Shown here in pieces: positions 24,245-35,439 of a stretch of DNA of 35,439 nt (positions within the stretch are counted from its first letter, which is position 1; the number at the start of each line of letters is the position of its first letter). The stretch is from Ministeria vibrans ATCC 50519 (lineage: Eukaryota; Protista; Filasterea): positions 3,959-39,397 of the forward strand of contig CALSCP010000298.1 of the NCBI GenBank assembly GCA_943704425.1, read 5' to 3'. The notes beneath the pieces are model-generated. The model saw only the letters and a list, made by a program, of their open reading frames with translations, did not search any database and was not told where the DNA came from. Made by a program: the position numbers and the translations under genes.

Positions 24245-26930
24245 TGCGTGGGTTCTGTTACCCTTTGTGGCGTCCACAGCAGCAAAACTCATCTTGCGGT
24301 TTCCAGCAATCTCGAGAGCAGCCTCGTCGTACTCGGGCTTGGCACTCTGTCAACGCACAAAACGACATTGTGTAAGACCATTCATATTATCCATATTCCT
24401 CTCTCTATGTCGTTTTAGTATACCTTGCAATGTCCACACCTAAATGAAAAGGAGAAAGGATAAAGAGAGAGCCGAGTGAGTCCTGTGACATAGGGATTAT
24501 TCAGTGTGTGGCTTACCAGGGAGCATAAAACATAACAAGGACAGCCTTCTTCTTCTTGATGAACGAATCAAACGTCGAGTCAGTCAGATGGTCCACTTCA
24601 TTGTCAGCTGCAAAAGACACACGTTTAGACACACCTCACGAGAGAACACACCACACAGAAAGAAAGACAGACAGACAGACCGTGAAACAAAGCGATAGAG
24701 AGAGAGAAAGAAGAAACAATGTATAGAGAGAGAGAGAGAGGCGCGCATGAGCACCACACATAGACAATGGCCATACCGTCAGCCCAGCTGGGGTCCTGCG
24801 CGGGCGGTGGCGGAGGCGCAGTCGGATCGAGCATGAAAGTGGTGAAATCGGACTTCTTGCGACCGCCCTCATACTTAAACTTGGCCTTGCCATCGACAAA
24901 GTACTTGATGGTGGGGAACCCACTCACGTCAAACTTCTTGGCAAGCTTCTTGGCCTTGGTCGCGTCCACTGCTGCAAACTTGCGCTCAATGCCTTCGTCC
25001 TTCATCTCCGTCGCGGCATCGGCGTATTCGGGCTTGGCCGTCTTGCAGTGGCCGCACCTGACCAGAAAGAAAATGATAGAGTGAGTGAGTGAGACAGGGA
25101 GACAGACAAGAGAGAACACACAACGCGGCAGACACAGTGGCTGGCATGAACCCCCCCCTGCTCCACTCCAAAAACGACGTGTATATCCATCGCACTATGT
25201 ACAACTCTATCGTACCATGGCGCATAGAAGAAGACAAGCACACCCTGTGGGTTCTCTGCCATGAACGGGTCAAATGACTCGTCGTCCAACATGGTCACAT
25301 CGCCCTCAGGCAGAAAGTCGGGTGCCTCCTCCTTGGGCGGCTCAGGCTCCTTGGGGTCGTCCAGCCACTCGATGATTCCGTCTTTGGTTCGCTCTCCGCC
25401 GTACTCGAACTTCTCTTCGCCATCTACGGAACACAACGGAGAGTTGAGTCTCCTTTATCTGTCACACTGTACAACATACTCTCGAAGTAGAGAATCTTGG
25501 GGAAGCCGGTGACGTTGAAGCGCTTGCCGGTGCCTGCTCCCTCAGGCATGTTGGCGTTGATGGCGGCCAAGATGGCCTTACCCTTGAGCTCAGCAGCTGC
25601 CTCTGCAAACGGCGCCTATGATGGCCACAAAACACACAATTCCCCCCAGATTCAGGCGTCAATCGCTTGTTTCTCATTGCTTTATTGCGTACCTTAAAGG
25701 TCTTGCAGTGACCGCACCAGGCGGCGTACATAAAGAGCAGCGTCGGCTTGCCCTTCTTCAGCACTCGGTCCAAGTTGGCGTCGGTAACGTGCACCACAGC
25801 GGATGCCTCAGGGTTCTCGTCGTAAGGCAGGTCGCCTTCGGGGTCGTTCATAAATCGCACAATCGACTTGGCCACCAGAGCACGGTCGTAGTCCTTGGTG
25901 TACGTGCCACTCCTACAAGAACGCAATGAATGTAACAATATTATTCATTATCGATCACAACGAACAAGCAACACAACACAAATAGCTCAGAACCAAAATA
26001 ATAACAAAAACATAATGATCATTATTAACATGTGACTTACTTGTAGTGCTTGAGCACTGGTTCATCTTCGCCTTCCAACTTGAGAGCCTTGCACACCTTG
26101 CGTGCGGCCTTGCAGTCGACCTTGGTCAGTGTTGCCGAACCCTTCAGGGAGGCGGCAGCCTTTTCGTATTCGCTCATCAAACTCGACGGAACTTTACCTA
26201 AAAAGACCACAACACAAAACACACACAGAGACACAAAACACAAAAACACACACACACACACACAAAAACATAAAAACACACACACACACACAAAAACATA
26301 AAAACACACACAAAAGAAAAAGAAAAAAAGAAGAAAAGAAAAAAAGAGATTAGTATGGCAGAGAGGGGGGGGTAAGAAAAGGAGTGAGAATGAGACGCAC
26401 CGACAGAGACGAGAACCATCAAGTTGGATTTGGCCTTGAACAGTTTCTTGGCTGCTTTGACGTCCTTGAGCTCCTCAACCGCAGACACGCGCGCCGCATC
26501 CTGCCGACAGGGGATTGTTCAGTGCACAACACAAACACGCACGATCCCCAATACAACGCCACAAGGCAGTCGCGTGGAACGCAGAGAGAGAGAGAGATTC
26601 CCCATGTCGGAGTAAGTGGGGTGAGTGGCGGCGGCTTTAGCGGGCATTTTGGGCAAAGTTGTTNNNNNNNNNNAAAAAAAAAAAAAGATGGAAGCTCAAA
26701 AGGAAATGGAGCGCTGTTGAGCAGGAGAGACGGGAGCAATGTGGCTGAGAGACGGGGAAGACGGCACCGGCAATGCAGGAAGGCGGGGGGGCGGCTGTGG
26801 GGCTGCGAGAGGGGCTCAGCGCGACACGTCAACATAGTGGCAGAAGGGAGGTCGTCGGGGCCCCAAGCCTCACCGTGGAGTACGCAATGCACACGAGGAC
26901 TGCACTCAGTGCAACAATCCACGCTTTCAT
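23092..26930 (-). CDS. PDIA5: Protein disulfide isomerase A5 (PDIR)-like: signal peptide, b domain and four CGHC thioredoxin domains
   Basis: Signal MKAWIVALSAVLVCIAYST. HYKSGTYTKDYDRALVAKSIVRFMNDPEGDLPYDE matches the PDIR b/a junction. Four WCGHCK motifs. C-terminus KSDL*. An N gap lies in intron 1. Confidence 0.9.
23858..24052. repeat. Intronic minisatellite, ~25-30-bp unit gagagaggagaaagaaaaaagtgata
   Basis: About 6-7 imperfect tandem units in a PDIA5 intron. Confidence 0.85.
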
Positions 26931-27235
26931 GACGGTGTGTTATATGATTAATTTGATTTTTCATTTTATGCATCATTGTTTCTTCTATGAGTGTGTGTGT
27001 GGTCAGTCTGCACATACTTTTGAAGTATAAGAAGCGTAACAACAAAAGACACTTGACTGAACACATACGTCGTTTAATAGTATAGACGTCCATACTACTG
27101 CTAATAAATTGCTATACAACACACATGCACAACAGTCCGCAGTCAACTATATGTTTCAATCAACTCTCCACACACTCTCTCTCCTTCGACTCCTCCACTG
27201 CACTCTTGCAAACATAATTAGCTCTTTTGTATGTT

Positions 27236-28047
27236 TTAGAGGGGCACACAGTTGGGAGGAGGCACAAACACTTCTGGATTTTTGACGCCCGGCGAGACAT
27301 TGTAGAACATGGTGTCGACAAAGCCGAGAGGATGCCCAGTGCCGTTGTTGAGGGCAAATTGGACCGGGTAGCAGTCGGGAGCATCGGTGAAGGTGAAGAA
27401 GTAGGGGCCGAGGGAGGGCAGTATGCCACGCCAGGCATTGACACCCTGGCTGCCAATGTTGAAGGAGCTGACAAACGTGGCGCTGGGAGGGATTTGGATG
27501 GGAATGAAGGGGTTGAGGGTCGGTCCGACTGTGCAGTTGCCGCTGGGGAGGATCGTGTACTGCTTGCCGAGCGCCTCGGGCGTCGCCGAGTCCCACAGCT
27601 CAAGGACTTCGACTTCAACGGCGGGGAAGGGCTGGACCTAAGGCGCAACGAGTGGTGCGTGAGAGAGGGAAACGATATCATGCGACACAGTCAGACGCTT
27701 GAAAGCCGCGCCAAAACAGCACACGCGGCGCTGCATGTGCGGTACCTTGGACAGGGCTTTGATGTAGATGGCGCTTTTGGAGAGGTCGTAGGCGGCGTTG
27801 CCCTCAAGTGCGAATTGAAACTTCCCTGACGGATTCCATTCGACAATGGCGGCCTCAAAGGATGTCGGAGAGGCTGAGGCACAGACAAACACGCATGTCA
27901 GTCAGCAAGGCGAGCGACAGTGATCAAAAGAGACGCGATTTGCGTTGCATTGATGGGACGGGCTAACTGAAACGTACTGCAAGGCGTCTCACACACACTG
28001 AGAGAGATCAGAGCCAACGAAACCAGGATTGTCGCAATAGTGGTCAT
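27236..28047 (-). CDS. Ependymin-related protein (EPDR), secreted/lysosomal, 3 exons
   Basis: Signal peptide, then PCTSPTSFEA, AYD, NCTVGPTLNPFIPIQIPPSATF, IG..AW, FT..DCYPV and FYNVSPGVKNPEVFVPPPNC. This is the four-Cys ependymin pattern. The exon-3 frame is missing from the ORF track. Confidence 0.88.
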
Positions 28048-28142
28048 GGATAGTGCAAAAACAAGGGTGAATATAAAAAGTTGTGAAAAGTGAAAACTAT
28101 AAAGTATAAAGTATAAACCGTTTATGAATTTTGTGTTGGTGT

Positions 28143-29432
28143 TCACTGTTTCTTGCTACAGTCGTCGCAGAACCACTTTCCTTTCGGCTTTGCCTGCAGG
28201 TTCACGCACCCAAAATGAAACCATTCTGTCGGACACTATTACAAACATAAGAGTCATCACACAAATATACACAATGTATACTATCTCCATTTTCTTTCTT
28301 ACTTCTGTGTTGTCACAGCAGATCATCTCACCATAAGACACCTACACACAAGCCAAAAAAAATGAGATCAAATCGAAACGCACACACTCGCTCCGCCCCA
28401 CTTACCTGATGACACGTGCAGTAAGTGGGCTCGTTGGGATCGACCGGCATGTCCATAAGATGGTCTGGCTTTCCCTTGCCCCGCTGCGCCCCTTTGCTTG
28501 ACCCTCCGCCCGATTGCTGCGGCTGCTGGCCCCGTCCCCCTCGCTGTTGTGCCCCTCCTCCTGCAGCGCTGCTGCTGCCCCCTGCCCCACCACCCGTGCT
28601 GCCATTCCCTGGTGCCCCTGGTGACCCAAACCCACCGCCGTTGGCCCCTCCATTCGCGCCGTTCCGTGCCTGTTTCGAGTGTCGTGAGCTTTCCAATTCA
28701 CGCAATGCTTTGCCTACACACAAAGCAAGTTACATCGTGCAAGTCACTCGACTCATTCCTTACGCTTCTGTGCACCCCCATCGGGTAATTGGTCGTCGGG
28801 GATCAGCCCACCGTCGCTCGCCTGTGCCAGTTCCGCCTCAAACTTGTGCAAGTCCGAGTCGAGTCGCCGAATGTGCTTGTCAACCATTTCGTACGTTTGC
28901 ATTGCCAGTTCGACCTTGTCGTCGCCGTACTCAAGACACTTCTCAAAATCATCACGAAGCGTCTGGCGTGCGACGTCGGCAAGAGAGTGTGTCAGTCGAG
29001 TGTGGTCAGTTTTGGAGTGTTTCCAAAAGCAAAGCAATGCAAAAACCCATTTACTCCCTCACCTTCAGCTGTGATTGCCGCTCGGGATTGGACAGCTCCG
29101 TGATCGACTTGAAAAAGTCCTCTGTTCTTCGTGCTATTGACTGTATGGTTTCTATCACACGAGAGAGAGAGAACGAGAGAGAGAGTCGAAAAAAAAACCG
29201 TTTTCAGTTATGACTGACACAAAAAAAAACAATAAGGGAAAGCGGAAAGAGTGCAGAAGGGAGGGGAGGAGTTGCTGAGAGAACAGCTTCAGCGGGAGGA
29301 CGGTAAGAGAGCGGATGGCGGCGTACCTTGCGAGTAACCGTCAAGTTCGCGCATCAGTGTAAAGTTGCGCTGCAAATCATATGGCAACGTCTCCACGCTG
29401 TCCAAGAAATGCTCCAGATATCGGGAGCTCAT
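28143..29432 (-). CDS. Inhibitor of growth protein (ING4/5-like), N-terminal ING domain and PHD finger
   Basis: [49 protein letters not shown], and [46 protein letters not shown]. Confidence 0.96.
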
Positions 29433-29646
29433 GTTACAAAAACGTTTATATAATAATAAAAATTAAAAATTAAAAAAGCGAATAATAATCAGGGAATTAT
29501 ATAAGAAGTGTGTGTGCATGAAAAGTTGAACTTTATTATTATTTTCTTCTACACGCGCCGAGTCTGCTCGCCGCTCACTTAACTAGGATCTCCTAAATCC
29601 TACACGTGTCCTCTCTCTCTCTCTCTCCCTCTCCCTCTCTCTCCGC

Positions 29647-30497
29647 ATGGGGCTTGAATCATACGCCGAGAATGCTCCCGGCATCCTCATGGACTTCATC
29701 CAGCCCGACATTGTCCGCGAGCATGGCATTACCAAGGAACAGTGGGCGCGCGCGTGCGGCTTTGTGGTCATGCGCGTGTACAAGTAAGAAAGAAGAATAT
29801 AAAACGCGGAACACAAACAAGTGCAGTGTCGTCATTGAAACGTTCCCGCTCGCTTATCAGACTCGGATGCATTGTGACTCTACGGGGCGGCAAGGGCATG
29901 GTCGTTGCTCGCCTGCCCGACGGCAGCTACTCGGCCCCGGCGGCGCTCCAGTACGGCGGACCGGGCGTGGGTGCAGACATTGGCATTCAGTCCACCGAGA
30001 CTGTTCTGCTTCTGAACACCCCAAGGTCCGTCGAGTCCTTCTACTCGTCGACGGGCGGTGTGTCGCTGGCTGCGTCGCTTACGATTGCACAGGGTCGCGA
30101 AGGCGAGACGGGCATCATTGGCGGAGAGGCCATCACGACCTTCTCGCGCACAGCCGGCGTGTACGGCGGCGTCTCCCTCGAGTTCGCTGGCTTCAAGGAG
30201 GCCACCAATGTCAACATTGACCAGTACGGTCCGGCCAATTCGTCGCCGCGCGACATTCTTACTGGCAAAGTACCCCGTCCCAAAGGACGCGTCTTCGACA
30301 CCCTCTACGACACTCTGGCTGTCATTGACGGCCGTCTCCTGCACGGCGAAGCAAAGGACGCTCCTTCTGCCGCCGCTCCCGCCGCCGCCGCTGCTGCTGC
30401 ACCTCCACAGCACCAGCGACCCGTCTCACCCACCACGGCCCGCGGTGGTTCTCCCCCTCCCGCTCGCCCTCCTCCATACACTGGAGCCAAACATTGA
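29647..30497 (+). CDS. SYLF/Ysc84 lipid- and actin-binding domain protein (SH3YL1-like, no SH3), 2 exons
   Basis: RVYK|LG..GGKGMVVARLPDGSYSAPAA, GADIG, VLLLNT, TFSRTAGVYGGVSLE, N..QYG..DILTG, then a Pro/Ala-rich tail. Confidence 0.9.
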
Positions 30498-30698
30498 GTT
30501 CTTATTACAATAATTTAATAACTTTTAAATAATTATAATAATGTAATAATAAGGTTCATTCTAGTCTCGAAGTCCCCTGCGAAAGTATTGTCAGTTTGCC
30601 ACTATTGTGCTGCTCTTTTTTTTTTGTCTATTGTCTTGTTTCGACATTGAGTACAGCTGTCGATTCTCTATTAATTACTTTCTCAGTCATGGTCTCCT

Positions 30699-31319
30699 TC
30701 ACGAGTGTAGCATGATTCGTATCCTCTCGCCCAACTCCACCCGCTCGGTTCGGTCGCACGCTACAAGCACCTCGGCGAGCGCCTCGCGAACCGGAACATC
30801 CACCAGGAGGGGCCTGGTCTCCGGCTGGGACGCAGAGAAGCCCAGTGCGCCGCACGCGAGCACAGGACGGCTGGAGAAGGCAAAGACACACGCCAGCAGC
30901 ACAAGCGTGTCCCTCTTCGCTTCGCATGCCAGCTCGGCAACCAGTGCCGCCTCGACCGCCTGGATGGCGCGCCGTCGTTCGCCCACAGAGACGGCAAGTT
31001 GGACGCCGTCAAAACAGGTCGCGCGCCGCTGCTCAAAGACGCCGTCAAGCGGCACGCCGGCTCCACTGCACCGTCGCGCCGTGTCACAGAGCCACTTCGG
31101 TACATCGACATAGCCGCATTGGGCCGCCAACTGCTGCAGAGCCGTCGGAACGGCCTCGACAAACTCCGATGCTTTGCGCAGACCGCGCAGTCCACCGGGA
31201 ATCCTATGCTGCTCCACTTTCATTCCAGCATCCCAGTCTTCTTCCTCTTCTTCTTCTTCTACTTCTTCTTCTTCTTCTTCCTTTTCGTTCTCGCTCCCGC
31301 CCCCTCGTTCATTTGCCAT
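30699..31319 (-). CDS. Hypothetical 206-aa protein with acidic N-terminus, possible degenerate GNAT fold
   Basis: ATG-initiated, GC-rich single-exon ORF flanked by AT-rich spacers. Confidence 0.65.
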   Translation of the reverse strand: MANERGGGSENEKEEEEEEVEEEEEEEDWDAGMKVEQHRIPGGLRGLRKASEFVEAVPTALQQLAAQCGYVDVPKWLCDTARRCSGAGVPLDGVFEQRRATCFDGVQLAVSVGERRRAIQAVEAALVAELACEAKRDTLVLLACVFAFSSRPVLACGALGFSASQPETRPLLVDVPVREALAEVLVACDRTERVELGERIRIMLHS

Positions 31320-31474
31320 GTTGAATATTGATCTGAACGAAAATTAATAGGAATTATTGATCATTATTTCATTGATGATTGATCAATTTTGTTCATTGTC
31401 CTTCACGCCCAATGTAAGCCGCTCCATATTCTCCGTGTCTTCCTTATTGTTGTGTGTGTGTGTGTGTGTTTTAC

Positions 31475-31546
31475 GTCTATGATGAGCATTACGTAAAAGG
31501 TTTGAAGCGGTGTTGACTATTGTTCGTGGGAAAACAACCTGAACAG
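31475..31546 (+). ncRNA. Candidate box C/D snoRNA
   Basis: Box C ATGATGA at 31479, D' TTGA at 31502, C' GTGTTGA at 31510 and box D CTGA at 31539. Confidence 0.4.
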
Positions 31547-32441
31547 TCCAAACGTCGTCGATTGTTTCCTCCGCCATCGCAGCGAGCTGCGGGCCTTTTT
31601 GGGAGCTGCGACGATTCGCTGTGGGACGACGATTCCGTTGGCGTTGACGAGAAAGAGCGACATGCAGCGGATGAGAGGGCGAGAGGGGAGTGAGAGGGAA
31701 GATCGTTGCGACGTTCTCGCTTGGCGCTCCTCCTCTCGCCTTCCGCCTCGCTTCTCCGCCTCCCTCGCGCTCTTTTCCCCCTTTTCTCTCGCGTGTTCTC
31801 TCGCACGCAACACATGCCTCCACTACATGTGTGCGCTGCGTCTCATTTCTGCGCACGAGGGCCGCATGGTCACGGGCGGCATCGCTCTCGAAGACAACCG
31901 CCGTTACATGCCGAGTGGGCCATTTGCAAACAGAACTTCCCCTAGCGGATCAACGTGTGTGGTACTCCGGAGTCCAGCACACTACACTTATGCCACGCTG
32001 AGTCTCCAATTTCGGGCACGTATAGCAAACCTCGTCTGTGAGATGCAACACACACGTTGTGGTGTGTGGTGTGTGCGCGTGTGCGCGGATGCGAGGGAGA
32101 AGAGTGGGGGGGGAGAGGGGCCCGAGAGAGGACGGTGGTGTGAGGCCAAGTGTTGGTTCTTTCTTTGTTTACGCTTGAGAGGGGAATTGTTGTTTCATTG
32201 CTTGAGTCGGCCACTTCGAGAAATATATGTTTTCAGCTCATTTTGTTGTGTGTGTGTGTGATGTGGAACGCGATGTCTGCGTTTGGCTTTGTTTTTGTCG
32301 TTTTGTTCCACTTGTCACGGTTCGCTTATGAAAACTGAATTTGTAGTTTACAATCTGAGACGTATTTTGATGTTCATTTGGAGGATTGAGAATGATTGTG
32401 ATTGTGTTCTCACTCTTGCGTTGTCCCAAGTTTGTGTGTAG

Positions 32442-33602
32442 ATGGAATCGACGCCCAAACTGACTCTGAAACAGAAGAAAGCGTTGCTAAAAGGAAAGAG
32501 TGCCAATGAACCGAATGTGGTGAAGGAGGAAGCGGAGGTGAAGAAGAGTGGGGCAACAGACGGAGGAAACGCAAAGGGAGTGAAGCGAAAGCGAACGGAG
32601 GAGCCGCTTCAACGGGAACCCAAGAAGACGGTCAAAAGGGAAGAGAAGAAGCAGAAGAAGGCAAAAACGACGAACAGTGCAATGGAGAAACGCAAAGAGA
32701 GACTGGACGGAGCGCGATTCCGCTTTCTTAACGAACAGCTGTACACGACAACAGGTGCAGAGGCATTTGAGTCGTTTTCGCGCGAGCCAGAGCTGTTTCA
32801 AGCAGTAAGATAAACTGCACATGTGTCTGCGTATGTGGCTGAAACACACACATATTTGTTAGTATCATGAGGGGTATCGGCATCAGGTGCGCTCGTGGCC
32901 CACCAATCCATTGGACCATTGCATTGCGTTTGTGCGTCGACTCAATCCATCCGCTGTCGTTGCTGACTTTGGCTGTGGCGATGCGGTTCTGGCACAGTCA
33001 GTCAAGCACAAAGGTAAATAATAATAAAATTTACATGTTTGAGTAGTTTGTCTCTCGTTCTATTGTGTGAGAGTGAGTCAGTGGTTCGTCTCTCTCTCTC
33101 TTTGTATTGTGTGTGCGTTGACTTGACTGACGTGTGGTTCTACAGTGCACTCGTTCGACTTGGTCTCCACCTCACCTCTGGTTACTGCATGCGACATGGC
33201 TCATACACCTCTTCCCGCCGCCTCCTGCGATGCTGCCGTCTTTTGTCTCTCCCTTATGGGCACCAACTTTGTCGATTTTCTCACGGAGGCCCATCGAGTG
33301 ATCAAACCTCGGTATAGAAAAGAAGAAAACTTACACACACACACACATACTGTGTTAACACTGTCCCTTCTCATTTCAGTGGTACTCTTAAAGTCGCCGA
33401 AGTAATCAGTCGCGTGACGGACGAATCACGGTTTCTCGCTGCACTTTCACTGTCTGGCTTTACACTTGCATCCCGCGACCAGCGCAATTCCCATTTTGCT
33501 GCGTGGACCTTCACACGGTCCGATCAGCGCGAACGGAATCTTGAAAAGTTGCGTAGTAAGGTTGCGGGTGCGCTCAAGCCATGTTTGTACAAGAAGAGAT
33601 GA
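32442..33602 (+). CDS. RRP8: Ribosomal RNA-processing protein 8 (nucleomethylin, rRNA m1A methyltransferase), 4 exons
   Basis: [70 protein letters not shown] and LKPCLYKKR*. Confidence 0.97.
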
Positions 33603-33881
33603 GTCATTGTTGTAAAATACCATGAAACTATAAAAACTAGAAGAAGAAGAATACAACCCAATTAATCATGATACAGTCACCAGATGTCCAGATCTACAAC
33701 AAAAGTGCAATCGCTATCCAGTGAGGTAATCGCAAGAAGAAGGAGATCATTATGTGTCGCTATTCAATTCATTTTTGAACTTTAGATTTACTTTTCTGAG
33801 TTTTCTATATTACTATTAATTTCTGTGTCAGGAAGACGCTGCTTTGTTCGCACGTACTGCCGCATTGCCTTCCGCCGTGTC

Positions 33882-35439
<1,558 letters not shown>

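Noticed and set aside
30699-31319. Ornithine decarboxylase antizyme with +1 frameshift
   Set aside because: Similarity is limited to an LGF..P motif. The ORF is continuous and no ORF1/UCC-UGA shift site is present.
31790-32030. RNase P/MRP RNA (GGGAAGTTCTG and CAGAAA on the - strand resemble CR-I/CR-II)
   Set aside because: No CR-V segment able to form the P4 pseudoknot was found downstream.

Overview
Gene-dense, intron-rich eukaryotic DNA. Exons are GC-rich, introns are short GT-AG introns often containing (CA)n, (CT)n or (AAT)n, intergenic spacers are AT-rich, and there are two N gaps. An axonemal dynein together with HPS4, PDIA5, EPDR and MNK suggests a flagellated protist, probably a unicellular relative of animals (inference). 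Genes were spliced by hand. In order they are: a CLC Cl-/H+ exchanger (3' end outside the window), an SRR1-domain gene, a TKL kinase domain, the 5' half of an outer-arm beta-type dynein heavy chain, an LRR/Cys-rich/TM ectodomain, HPS4, MSS4/RABIF, SEC22, a PDIA5-like gene, an ependymin-related gene, an ING4/5-like gene, a SYLF/Ysc84-domain gene, an orphan ORF, RRP8 and an MNK-like kinase (3' end outside the window). The most notable observation is that the LRR ectodomain and the kinase splice in frame into one receptor kinase whose 8.1-kb intron holds a truncated same-strand dynein bounded by (AG)n tracts and an N gap, which is probably a misassembly. Other observations are an unassigned structured RNA candidate, a 43-bp dispersed intergenic element, an intronic 39-aa hydrophobic ORF, a candidate C/D snoRNA, an MNK with a ~155-aa activation-loop insert, and gene neighbourhoods that echo the human PDIA5-SEC22A and HPS4-SRRD pairs. 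No new biological system can be confirmed from sequence alone.
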